In this document: positions 13,423 to 25,560 of the stretch, one piece after another
Numbering within the stretch: the stretch's first letter is position 1
Layout: every line of letters starts with the position of its first letter
From: Vicugna vicugna
Taxonomy: Eukaryota
DNA: 64,000 bases
Assembly (NCBI GenBank): GCA_013265495.1
Contig: MU058059.1
Span: 2,145,502-2,209,501, forward strand
Direction of reading: 5' to 3'
The notes under the pieces: generated by a model
What the model saw: the letters and a program-made list of their open reading frames with translations, nothing else
What the model was told of the DNA's origin: nothing
Database searches by the model: none
Translations under genes and position numbers: made by a program

Positions 13423-14393
13423 GAACAAGTGTAATGTTATAACCCAGAGATCACCCGGGTTTTTAATCTCTGTGTATATGTCTATTTTATGAAAAGGGAC
13501 TATATCATAATACTGTTTTATTAACTGGTTTCTTGAGTTAACACTGTCTTCTTGTCATGTGGCATGGAATGCTAGGCTAGATGACTGCTAAGTCCTGTGT
13601 CACGTGACCGGATCATTACACACTTAACACACGTGTCAGACTCCCAGATTTTCCCGCCATGGCTCTGGGGCTCAGCTTTCAGGAATGACCACCGAAGTCT
13701 CCTGACACCCAGAATGGTCCCTAACCGAGCCTGCCTCCTGCTGAACCAGCAACTCTGCTGATTTCCTTCTCTGTGTCGGTCCAGCCCGCAGTAGGCACAA
13801 AATAGCTCAAACATCCAAGCCCCAAACAGGCTGGCTGACTTCAGCACTCTATCAAGAGAGGTCTGCTGGGGGAGAGGCTGAAATTCTTGGCAAGATAAGA
13901 TTTATGAATTAGCTGTGAATTTCCAATATCCTTGCAGCCGTATCACTTCATTAGTATGCACTCAAAAATTATAATTATGGAGTAAATCTTTTTAAAAGAG
14001 GAGAGAAAGAGAGTTTTTGCCACAATCCTTGTTACGTCTCTTTTGTAGGGAAATCTAAAATTGGACCAGAAAGAAACAGGACGATGAGCTTTCAACATTC
14101 TCCTTGTGACGAGATTACTGCATATTATTATTTCTATTCATAGTTTCATTGCTTCTGATAGGGCTGTTATTACTGGAAACAAAAACACAACAATAACCCT
14201 TTGAAATCTTTTCCAGCAAATTCGCTAAATAGGTAGGCATCTTCCTACCGCCTCTCAATTCTTTTTCTAGGAGGTCAGCTAATTTTACCTTTTAAAACCA
14301 TGGAGATTTAAATCTGCTATTTCTTTAATATTGAGTGGCTTGCCAAGGATTGTCAAATGTCTTCTTGAGCACGTAAGCAAGAACGTCCTTTAC

Positions 14394-14466
14394 CTCCCGT
14401 GGAGGAAGCAGCTCTTCTCTGTTGTCGGCCCTCCCCTCCTCTGGCGTCCTTCCGTCCCGGGGCCAT
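14394..14466 (-). CDS. Candidate first coding exon segment (MAPGRKDARGGEGRQQRRAASSTG)
   Basis: Strong Kozak context aaacATGg at 14466-14464 with an in-frame upstream stop; donor GAG|GTAAAG in phase 1, compatible with exon 3263-3120. Confidence 0.3.
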
Positions 14467-15546
14467 GTTTGTTCCTGCCTCACCTGACTCCCCGCAGACG
14501 TGTGCAGGGGCTCACGGTTCCCTGTGTAGTCAGCCTGCAGCCTCTGTGCCCTTCCTCAGCGGGACAGCCCCAGGCCTGGAAGAGACATCACTCCTGGCAG
14601 AGCTGCAGCGGATGCTCGTTAGCCCTCTCAGAGCTGTCGGCTCCAACAGCTGCCCTTTCACAGACAGGCAACAGGTGCCCGCACCTCACAGCCCGCAGCA
14701 GTCAGAACTCCTTTCTCCAGGTCACTGTTGTCACACAAGTGCTGGGCCTGGCATGTCACTGGTGTCGACCACATAGGCACAGTTGTCCTTTCTAAGGCCC
14801 TAAGCATCTATGGCTAGTTCTGGTCCAGCCCTGCAGGCCAGGTGATGGGCTGGCAGCATCTCCATGGCTCCCCTCCCACCTCCCTGCACGTGAATCAGAG
14901 CAGAAAGGAACAGCAGATGAACCCTGTTTTAAGCAGCCTCTTGAAGCTGGATTTGATGTTGCAATGTCCTTGTGAGAGATCAGCTGCTCTTTTCCCTTTG
15001 TACACCGCTGAAAAGTTCTGGAACAGTCGCCTGGAGAAAGCTCTTCTCCCTCCTGGCCCCGCCCAGTCCCCGGGCGGATCACTGGTGTTCTTCTGAGGCC
15101 TGCCTCTGCACACGCCCGCCTCCCGCCGCGCTCCCCGGCTCTGCCCCTTTGACGGCCGGCTGAATGTACATTCCTATTTCAGCAGCACTCCCTCTGAAGA
15201 CTTTTCCTAAAATGTGAAATGCTGAACTCTAGCCAGCACGATGCCGTTTCATCTTGCTTCAGCCAGACCCCAAATGCTAAAGCTCTGACAAAGACATTCA
15301 AATGGTGTTTTAAAAAAGAGAGCAAGAAATCCAAGTTTTCAAACACTTTGCAGGAGTGAAAGTGAGATTTTCGCAAAGTCAGTTTTGACTTGTACTCGGA
15401 ACGGATTGAAAGACAATGCAAATTGGATTCCACAACAGAAAACGGTATGAAAAGTCCCAGACATACTTTTATTCAGAGCTTCTAAAACCGCATGCAGAGG
15501 GCTTCTAGCAGGATTTTCCCACTGCTTATAAAATATGTACACTCAC

Positions 15547-15630
15547 ACCAGAAGGTAGAAAGGAGAGCGGGACCACCTCTCCTGTCTGACGGAACAGTCT
15601 GTCTCTTCACTCTCTTCTTGATATCTGCAC
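15547..15630 (-). CDS. Candidate internal exon, 84 nt, phase 1-1 (GADIKKRVKRQTVPSDRRGGPALLSTFW)
   Basis: Acceptor ctgctggtgtttgcag|GTG; donor GGT|GTGAGT; symmetric length; in frame within ORF 15482..15718; joins exon 3263 in frame. Confidence 0.5.
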
Positions 15631-16429
15631 CTGCAAACACCAGCAGCACGACGTCCGCTGCTTGTTCTACCATGAAGATTTCAGTTGTAAACAGGTAATC
15701 CATCTCCCATGGGGGCAAAGGAGGGTACTCTCTGAAATCTGTGCAAGGCTTGTTTCTCTGTCTGCTTTGAAAGAAACGACATGTTCAGATAAATCCTGCA
15801 GCACGTGAGGAAAGGCACACACGTGGAAACAACACATTTTACCCAAACATGATGCAACTAAGTGACGCTCAGAAGACTGTTCTGGCGGGAAGGAGGGGGA
15901 GAGCTCTTTCTGGGGAGGTGGGTTGCTGAAACCTCTCCTTTCCTAGTCTATGGCTTGGGAGAAAAAGTGAGCGAAACCCGGACTGCAGGAGGAAGCCTCT
16001 TTTCTGGAGCTCGCTGGTTTGTCCACCTTGCCACGCAGGATAATGTTTGTTAGTTGGTTTGAAGCCAAGGCTGGGATGCGTGGCTTCTGGAGACACCTTT
16101 GGCGGGGGGCTCCCCAGTGCTCTTTACCCCCTGTTGCTGCCTTCAAGGTTGTCATCTCCACCAGCCAACCAGGCTGGCCCATAAATCCTTTCTGATCTAA
16201 AATCCTTATTATTTCATATTTTGTTTGGATGCTGGCTGCCTCCCCACTCCCACGGAAGAGGTGCTAAGGAACTACACATATCCTTGCCTCCAGGAAGCAG
16301 GGCAGGAACTTGCACTTTGCACAAAGGATTTGAATCTGAAACAAACAGAAACAAAAATGCAAACACATTTTCTAAAACTATGTGGTGGTGATGATCTCCA
16401 TGATTGTAGCATGTTTTAATTTCTTTTTC

Positions 16430-16497
16430 TATTATTATTATTAATTATAATATTAATTATATTAATAATAATTATTAATATTAATTATAATAATAAA
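16430..16497. repeat. Pure A/T quasi-palindromic tract
   Basis: About 68 nt with no G or C, built from attaat/attata units. Confidence 0.8.
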
Positions 16498-17592
16498 CAT
16501 GTTGGAGAATGGTGTCCTTTTCAGAATTGGTTTAAATTTTTTCAAGTTCAAAATGATTAATATTTAAGTAAGGAGAACTGCTGGTATGTACTTTGCCAGG
16601 TGAAAGACGTGACGGTAAGTAAATGTGGCTTTCTCTAGGCCCTTTGGTAAAGCACATCCTTTCTAGAGTGGGAAATCAGAGTCACTCATATCCCGTGGTA
16701 CCACCGCTGGCCGCAGTTTACTGTCGGGCCCAGCGCACATCACAGGGTCGGGGTACCCACTGAGCGAGTGGGGCTCCCACTCAGAGCTTGCAAACAAACA
16801 CTGGAGAACGGCAGCCCCATCCGGCGGCTGGAGGCAGAGGCTCAAGTGCGAACAAAGCACAATTGGCAACAAGCGTTAAAAGAGTTTCATTAGAACGTCA
16901 ATTATCCCTCAAAAGAAAACGTTTAACAGAGTACGCTGGTAAGGTTATGTAAAGAGTAACTCATGTTTGACTTAAGAGAATAAACACTGGGAAGCCAGTT
17001 AAAAAGAAAAATTCAACTTCTTAAGTTCACAGATACCAAACTGAAATCATCCAATTGTATATTTGAAGGTGTAATCATACCAAGACAGTCTGCTACGATT
17101 TTTTAAAATTCAGGGATTATTCCTTTGTGTGGTGTCAAAACAACCAAAATACTAAACACCACTATAGTGCTGTGTCCCGTGCTTTCTCTGTGTTTGTATT
17201 ATTTTGTTTTGTTCTCACACACGGGACAGACTACACCCAGAATTAAAGTGACTGACATTTTGTAATGATTTGGTTTTTTTTTTTTTAAAAAACAGAGTTT
17301 CAAAACGTTACAGCAATGGCTGGGATAGACAGACTCTCATTTCCAGCATCTTTGTATTGCTTACCTCCCTTTCGTGTTTCCTGATTTGGTCTAAATTTGG
17401 GATGGCATAAGGACAAAAGAGGGAAACAAGGGAGGATGTCTGGTAACTGGGCTGAACTTTGACAAGTTAATTCTCCACAGACAGCTGGGCTGCCAGTCTA
17501 GCCAGGTACCTGGCTTCCTCTCACGATACAGTCCCCGGGAAGATCCTTTTTAAAGACAAAATAGTGTCATCTTACGTCAGAAAAGGAAATAC

Positions 17593-17683
17593 CTGTCTCT
17601 CAAAGCTGCTTTCTCCATGGACAAAATAGCTTCCACCAGCGTTTGAAATACCAGACAGGATGAAGACCTTAATAACTTTTTCT
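17593..17683 (-). other. Candidate exon, coding frame unresolved; alternative donor after 17576
   Basis: Acceptor acactctctttttatag|AGA; donors CAG|GTATTT and GAC|GTAAGA; two frames open through the 91-nt form. Confidence 0.35.
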
Positions 17684-18042
17684 CTATAAAAAGAGAGTGT
17701 GATTGTGAACGGCTTCACAATGCTTAATTTTCGGCAGTATAAATGGAATTTAAACTGCGGCAATAAATCAGTGACAGCTTTGATTCATTATAGATAAGCA
17801 AGAGGAAATTCTTCTGATGATTGGTGCGAACAGAGTCATTGCTCCAATTTCCTTCAAACTCCACCATCAGTCAAAAGAAGGGACAGGCCACCTGCGGGGT
17901 GGGGACAATGCTAGGCAGTGGTCACAGCCACCCTCTGTCCTGTGCTTCCTGTGCCCCTGGGAGCTAGGCATTCACGTATCTATTCCACCGCAGCCACGCA
18001 GGGTGGATGTTCTAATCCTGCAGAGTGCAGGAAGTGCGACTT

Positions 18043-18563
18043 CATCGCTGAGTCCAAATTTGTTCTGCTCACCGCATGACAGGCCAATAAATCAGGAGAT
18101 GAGGTGTTGGGGCAGGAACAACGACTTTATTTGGAAAGCCAGCAGACCAAGAAGATGGCAGACTAACGTCCTGGAGAACCACCTTCTCCAAGTCAGACTT
18201 CAGGCTCCTTTTATACTAAAAAGGGGGAGGGGATGTGGTTGGTCGTTGCCAACTTCTTGGTGTTGGAATCCTTCATTCTTGTAGCTGTCCACCTAGGTCA
18301 GGTCATTGTGTCCCTGTAAACCTCCAACAAGATAAATGCTCTTCTCTGCTCTGCAACTTTTTATCTCTACGTCAGTGGGAGAGCATTATACCCTTAAAGG
18401 TCAGAGTCTTGAGAATGGACTCTCCTGTAGATTTCAGGCTGTGAGCAACCTTCTTTCATAAAAGGTGCAGAACCACAGTGACCAAGCACCAGAAACAGAG
18501 CACAGAAGGTCAGAGCTAAAGGAACAGATCCAACTGGAGTCAGGTTTGTTCCTCCCTATGACA
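18043..18563 (-). mobile_element. Solo ERV1 LTR, MER41-like artiodactyl family, inserted into a MIR
   Basis: Minus strand starts TGTCATAGGGAGGAACAAACCTGACTCC; TATA-like GTATAAAA at about 18206-18199; AATAAA at 18131-18126; flanks actt/actg; MIR resumes at 18564 (gggcagttacttacctcccctgggcctcagtt). Confidence 0.8.
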
Positions 18564-20499
18564 ACTGGGGCAGTTACTTACCTCCCCTGGGCCTCAGTTC
18601 CTCATCTGTAAAGTGAGAGTGATGACAGTACAGGGATGCTAGAGGGTGCGGGACCACAGACGCAGGGCACCTCCCAGGCTGGGTGAAACCAACTCTCTCA
18701 GCATAAGGCCCGGCACACCGACAGGTCTCAGTGTTACCTAGTATTGTTGCACAGAAGGGGACACTGAGGTTTGGGGATTAAGGAACTTGCCAAGAACAGC
18801 TCAGGCAGCAGGTAGCAGAGTCCAGACGTGAAGCCAAGACTTCCTGACCCCAAAGCCAGTGCTCTGAGCAGCTGGGCCCCGCCTTGCTCCCTGAGGGCCA
18901 CGGGTTCCTTCCCATCCTCCTCTCCAGGCTCAGGGCACCTTCCTCTGAGAGGGACCTTGATGGAACTCGCCTCTGAAAGCCCAGGCTGTTCTAAGGCTCC
19001 TGCTTGTTTTCCTCCAGGAGGCTCCGCAGAATAGCCTCAGCTCTATTTTGTTCTCCTCTAAGATGCTTTCCCGCTTTGCCCCATTTCCACATGCTCATGT
19101 CTCTGACGGCAGACGTGCCTTAGACCTGAGAGAGTTTTACAGTTAGAACTGGCAGCAGCTTCTAAAATTAGTGATGCACAACTGGTGGCGTCTTAGACTT
19201 AATAAAATACAGCAACTTAGATGCAAAGAAAAGCCGGGGCGAAGGGGCCACCCCACCATCTCACTGGTCCAGAGCATCCAGACCCCAACACAGCTGTCAG
19301 GTCAGGGAGACGGCTGCCCCCCACCCCCGACAGCATGAGACCTTCTGCTTGGCAACTGATACTTCCCCTCGTTGCTGGAGGAATTGTGAGCATGTGCATC
19401 AAAGACTTTCATAGCTATCATTGCACAAAGGAGGAAAGCTGCTGTCTAGACGTAGACTGTAATTATTATTTAAAATTATCATTTAGAGTCACTGAAATGC
19501 CTGGATTGCAGAAAGGAGCAAGGGGGCTCAGATGTGCCAAGAGCCTTGGAATGGGCTCCAGCAAACACCTCCCTGGACGACACGGCATCCTCTCCAGCCT
19601 CTGCCGGGGGTGTCAGCACAAGAAGCTGCCAGAGTCCCCGAAGGTCTGGGGTTGATATAAACTGTAGGCAGTGTTTCTCTGGTAAACTTAAAAAAAAAAC
19701 CAAAAGAACTTCCCTGCATTTGGTTTACTCTTAGGGCAATTAACATCTTGAAAAGCCTATGCAAGGCAGCACAGGTGCCGACAGGAGCTGAGAACTGATC
19801 AGTACGTTTGTGTAGTTGTCAGCAGATCCTACCTAGTGCCCCTCCTTTTGTATTTTAAGCATCATCATCTACAATTCACACTTAGATTTGCATTGATCAA
19901 ATGGTCAAAATACAACATTTGGAACACAACCAGAAGACTGTGGCCGTGTATATAATCATGGTAAACTATGTTTGTTTGTTTTTTTTTTTAATAATTTGGC
20001 CCCTAGCATTTTCTATTTAGCCACCTTAAATCACAGTTACCAATATATTCACACTGGTCTCCTTTTACTGCTTCATGAAACTGTAAAAATACCCTCCCTC
20101 CTGGGCAGGACTGAGGAGGTGGATGTGGGTCTGTGAAATGCCAGCATGGAGTTATCCTCCATGGAACCACTGGACTGACTTCAGCTGGGCATCACTACCC
20201 AGCCACAGCTGCCACCTGCTGCCCCCACCTTCAGGTAAGGCCATCCTCATCCTCCCTGGACAAGTCCAAATCTAAAAAGATGTATGTCAACCTATGGAGG
20301 CTACACACGAGCTGTACTCCTGCCAGGGTGCTCTGGTTCTAACACTGAGGTCCATCTTGGCCCAGGGCTGTCCTGTGCCTCTCACTTTTAATTACACTGG
20401 GATATGGGATCCTGGTTGGCTGTCAGCCCGTCTGACTCTGGACATCTGTTTGACTTCCCCACGTCCATTTTCAGGGCCCAAGTCTTCCTTTCCTGAGCC

Positions 20500-22350
20500 C
20501 CAGCTGGTGGCTTGAGGTTTTCCTTCATATCTAACCGTCCATTTGACATTTCAGCTTGGATATCTACTGAGCATCTCAAACAATGTATTCCAAACTGAAC
20601 TTCACAGTCTCCTCCCACACCCAGACATTCCATCTCTGGTCTCCTTCACTTCCTAAGTGGTCCTGCATTCATTCCATTCCTCAAACCGGGAGTCTAGGAA
20701 TCCTGCTTCATTCCTCTCTTGGACTCCCTGCACTAACCTGCCCCAAGTCTGCTTGCCCCATCTCCACCATTTCTTGTCTGGACCAATGCAGTAGTCAACC
20801 CTCCACTGGTCATCTCTGCTTTTCATCTCTGCTTTCCTTCTGGCTGGCCATTTTCTGTGAGCGGATTACAGGATCTTTTTTCTTTATGTCTATTTCTAGA
20901 TCTTAACTATTGCATGATGACATTTTGTAACGTTAAAAACAACAGCAACCAAAACCCCCAAATCTACACTCATGCACTTTGACTTTTCTCAGTATCACTA
21001 AACCACCCCCCTAAATACTTTTTACCAGGTTTTCAGCCCCCTGCAGTGTGTGAGCTCCTATAAATCTAAATCCTTTCCAATACTTTATAGGGTTAAGTCA
21101 AATAATTTTTACCAATCTGATGGGTGTGAAATAGTATCTGTACCTTTTAAAATCTGAACGCCAGTCACAGTGAGCACCTTGCTTATTGACTTCCATTTTT
21201 CTATGCATATCTTCAACCCCTTTTCTATTGACTTTTCCCTTTCTATTGATTTATAGGAAAGTTTTAAAATTTATTCTGGATACTAATCATTGGCGGGTTT
21301 TCTGGTTGGTTGTTGCTTCACCTTTTAAATCATGTTTTTAGATAACAGAATGTTTTGATGCAAATGCGAGATTTAGAAATCTTCTCCTCTATGTTTGCTT
21401 TTTATGTTGTAAGAAATCCTGCCATCCTCTGGCCTTAGTGTAAATTAGGCCACACCCATGTCCTGCTCTGAATCCTCCAGTGACTATCTCTGCTCTTAAT
21501 GTGAAATGCAATTGCTTCCTTGCCTGCCCCTCAACCCTGCTGCTGCCTGCTCCTCCACCCTCAGACACACCCAGCTCATCCCTGTCCTCAAGTCTCTCTT
21601 CCTGTTGCCCAGATGGTTCTTGGCCTGATGAGGACCATGGGTGGTTTCTTCATATCACTTGGGTCACCTTGGGGAGACCTCCTTGGACCCAAGCATCTTC
21701 GGTGACACAACCAATGACATAATGGATTTTTTGGGAACTGTTTCCAAAGAAAAGGAAGAGCTGAACTTTTCCCTACCCTAGTCTATTCTGAACACAGCTG
21801 CCAGAATGTTCCTTTTACAGCACAGGCTGGATCGGTCTCTCCTCTGTTCAAACCCCTAAAATGGCTCCCACATCACTCGGAGAGAAAGACAGGGACCCCA
21901 CAGCGGGTACCCCTCCCTGCACTCTCCAGCCTCCCCTCTCACTCTGTGATGCCACCCCCACACCAGCCTCCCGGCTGCTTCCCCCAGTCCTCCCGCTCCC
22001 TCAGCCGGCCTGCCCATCCTCCAGGATAACCATGTGCCCCTCACTTTCCCCTCCTTCAAGTCTTTGCTCAAACATCACTTACAAGTCAGGCTCTCTGAAC
22101 CAACCTATTTAAAATTGCAACCTAGCTCCCTCCTACAATACTTTCTTCCTCCCTGAGCAATGGTCACCTTTCAAAACACCATAGAACTTACTCTTTATAA
22201 TCTGGTCACTGATCATCTCCCTCCAGGAGAATACTATCTCTCCAAGGGCAAGGCTTCTGTCTGTTTGGCTCCCTGACACACCCACAGCACCCAGAATAGT
22301 GCCCGACACATGGTAGGAGCTCCATATATATTTGTTGAGTGAATGAACTC
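20500..22350 (+). mobile_element. L2 fragments, interrupted by an old L1 piece at about 20900-21420
   Basis: L2 motifs cttggatatct...catctcaaac...ccaaactgaact; 3' tail tatttgttgagtgaatgaa ending at about 22348. Confidence 0.75.
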
Positions 22351-22640
22351 AACAGATCTGTGTCCTGGGGAAAAGTGGTGCTGAATGATCAGTGGTACTC
22401 ACTGGCCTCCTTCCAAAGCTGAGAATGCCATCCTGCAAAAAATAGCTTGCAAACCTTTATTTCTCTCATGTTCCAACTATTCAAGAACATGTCAGAAAGC
22501 AGAGTCCCCTCCCAGAATTAATACAAAACAGATTGAGACCTTCTAGAAATAATATGAATAAAAAGACTCCATGAATATAATCTTTAATATTGTGAGTGTC
22601 ATGGGTAAAAGCGGAGGCACTTTGAAACTTGAGACCAATT

Positions 22641-22993
22641 AAGAAATAAGAGACTAGGACGAGGCTACCAGAGGCTGGTGGAGGGTGAGTGGTGTTGGGG
22701 AGGTGTTGCTCAGGGTCCAGACTTGGAATGAGTAGATAAATAAGTCCTGGAGAGCGAATGTACATCATAGTGATTATAGTCAACAGTACAATTGTATAAA
22801 CTTCAAAGGTACTATGAGACTAGATCATAATTGTTCCCACCACAAAAATGTAAATGATGATTATGTGATGGGACAGAGGTGTTAGCCACGGTGTTAATCA
22901 TACTGCAACTTAGAAATGTATTAAATCAACACGTTATACACCTTAAACTTACACAATGTTATATGTTAGTTATATTCCAATTTAAAAAAAAAA
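22641..22993 (+). mobile_element. L1MA-type 3' end
   Basis: ...caccttaaacttacacaatgttatatg... followed by an A tail. Confidence 0.85.
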
Positions 22994-23109
22994 GGGAAAG
23001 AGGTCTTTATAGCCTATGATAAACCTTTAAAGTTCTTATCCAGAAAAGGAAAGAGCAGGAGGAAATGAAAGATTCAACCTGTCTGTGGACACTTTGCAGA
23101 ATCTCATAC

Positions 23110-23143
23110 CTCCAGAATCTATTTCCCATGTGGGAGCAGAATC
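23110..23143 (-). other. Candidate 34-nt micro-exon
   Basis: Acceptor ctttctgattcaagtcctccttctcag|GAT; donor GAG|GTATGA; the frame DSAPTWEIDSG ends in phase 1 and joins exon 15630. Confidence 0.3.
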
Positions 23144-25359
23144 CTGAGAAGGAGGACTTGAATCAGAAAGACCTATGTTCGAGTCTTCTTCCTTATTTAA
23201 ACGTCTCTTTATTCACCCCGCCTCTTGCTGTCAGGAGAGAGCAATGACTGCTTTCCCTCTTCTCTGAGGACTGGCTTCATTTAATTTGTAAGGAATTGTT
23301 TATTTGCATCGTTTCTGTTGCTACTTGATAAAGAGATATTGCATCTTTTAGGAAATGGTTGGAAGCTCAGACAACAAAACAATAAAGAGAATAGAAAAAC
23401 AGCAGAAATGAAATAGAAGTAATCAGACTTGAACCCGGCATCACTGTCCACAGCTAACGCCATATATTGGTGCAAAAGCGGGACTAATGGTTTTTCATTT
23501 TCCTTCTTATTTACGGTCATTATGAAAAATCACGTAATGCATTTAGGGAAATCCTTAGTTTAAGCCAAGGTATAAGAAGCTTTTTACTTGAAGTGCATTA
23601 CACTGGTCTGTTGCTGAGCAAGTAATTTTTTCCACATAAGAAAAATATTTTTGAAAAAAAAAGTTGCAAGCATCATTCTTTTTTTATTTTAGAATTCTGT
23701 ATTTTCAAATAATGAAGACAATATCTGTTCCTGTTCTACAATCTTCTCATTGTTTCTATATCATCAGAGAGTATCCTTTGGGGGGTAAAATTGCAGAAAT
23801 TACCAGAACTCGCTGGAACATCATGTTGTATGGTTGCCATTTAAACACACTTTGTTGAATAAGACACTATCAAATCTGGTTTATTTTTACCTTCCTTAAC
23901 TGGACCTGTACTGTGAAATGAAATTTGCTTCTTATTAACCTCTTTCCATTGCATTCTTCAAAAAAATTAAAAAAATTTTAAGCCTATGAATTGTATGAGA
24001 AGCAGCATAACTAAATGAGGTAGGTCATTAGTACTCACAACACTGCGATTCCTCAGTGGGGGGACATCAGACCTCCTGCCTGAGAAGGGGGAAGAGACAC
24101 AGATACATGGTTGACCCTGAACTTGAGACCCAATGGCAAATATTCTCTCAAGCCTCAGGACCAGGACAAAATGTGTTCCTCATAAGCAACTATTGGGCAT
24201 TTAGATTTTAAAACAATGTGAATATTGTAACTAATCTCATTTTCCTTTTTGTTTTCACTGTGAGGACGCTGAGAGCAGTAACATTAGAAGCAGTTAGACT
24301 GCATCTTACGGAATTCATTTTTTTCCTAATTCTATCTCTAGTAAAAAGCTTTTTTGGAAGCCATCAAAATATTTTGGGGGATGAATTGGAATTGGTATAA
24401 ATTATTTTATTAATTGAGGGAAATGTTCAGAACCCCCAAACCTTTAAATAGGTTATGAAAATGCATAACCTAAATTTATGCTAACAGTGTCCATCTATTG
24501 GGACAATATCCTTAGAAAGATGTATTCTAACAGACTTGACCTTGGATTTGGAAGGTTGCTAGGCATAAATTTCTGGAGTATCATTAAAGACTAAAAGAAA
24601 CTAGAAACTAGTCGGCCTAAAGTTATAAAATGAGATGCTCTAAAGGCTGAAAAATGAAAATACATGACTGTTTTTAAGCAGAGGACTTAGTCGTTTTCAT
24701 CATTTAAAAAAATTTGAACGTTTCTAAAATCATCACATTAACAGAATTCTCACCCCTCCCACATTAAGGATGACTCTATAATTGAAAAACTCCGTTTGAT
24801 TGAAGAATAAATTAGTAAAAGTAAAAGCATCTCACCCCTCAAAACATTTCCATCCTTTTTTGTTTGTTTTGATCATTGTCAAAATGTACTTTTTTGTGTA
24901 AAAGGATATCTTTCAAATAAAAAAGTGTTCTAGGAAACTAAATAAGATGATTTTCTACTCAGAATTATATTTTTGTGGTATCAGAGTTAACAAAGAAGGA
25001 AAAATAAGTGTTCTGGAATCAAAATTTGGAAGTCCAGCCTAGGTTATACCCAGATGAAATACCTAAGAACTGCCTGGACGTACTGGATTTGTGCTGACCT
25101 GCAGAACAGAGCCCCACAGGCAACTCCTAGACAAGCACAGCTGTGCTCTGCAGTGATGGCGTGACGTGGGCTGCTTTCAAGAGATGGTACTAAGCCCTGT
25201 ATTGAAACAAACAAACAAAACAGCAATGAGTACTCTCCTAAACATCTGAGAATCTCTTCCTTCCATATGTGTGACAGAAATATTTGACCATTAGTGTATT
25301 TATGTCTTCTCCCTCATTTTGCCAAGTAAAGGGCACAATAAAGAGGATTATGTAAGTAA

Positions 25360-25560
25360 TCGCAAATGCCATTTATTGAGAATTTACTTTGTGCGATGCG
25401 CTCTGACCAGCGTTCCCGATAAATTCTCTCATTAACAAACTATGAGGTCGGGCCTGTTTCTGTCCTCATTACACAAGGAAGGAAACTTGGAAGTTAACTT
25501 TCCCAAGGCCCACAGCCCCTTGGCAAAGATGGGGCCCCAGTCTGAGACTGCTTAGCCAGG
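25360..25560 (-). mobile_element. MIR
   Basis: atttattgag...aagttaactttcccaaggcccacagc. Confidence 0.65.

Noticed and set aside
14331..14795. Two overlapping plus-strand ORFs (154 and 125 aa)
   Set aside because: Non-ATG starts, GC-rich, no recognisable homology or splice support.
18043..18563. Interferon-inducible (STAT1 GAS) enhancer, as reported for MER41 relatives
   Set aside because: A manual scan found no perfect TTCnnnGAA in either LTR copy; only TTCCTATAA at about 29457 in the second.
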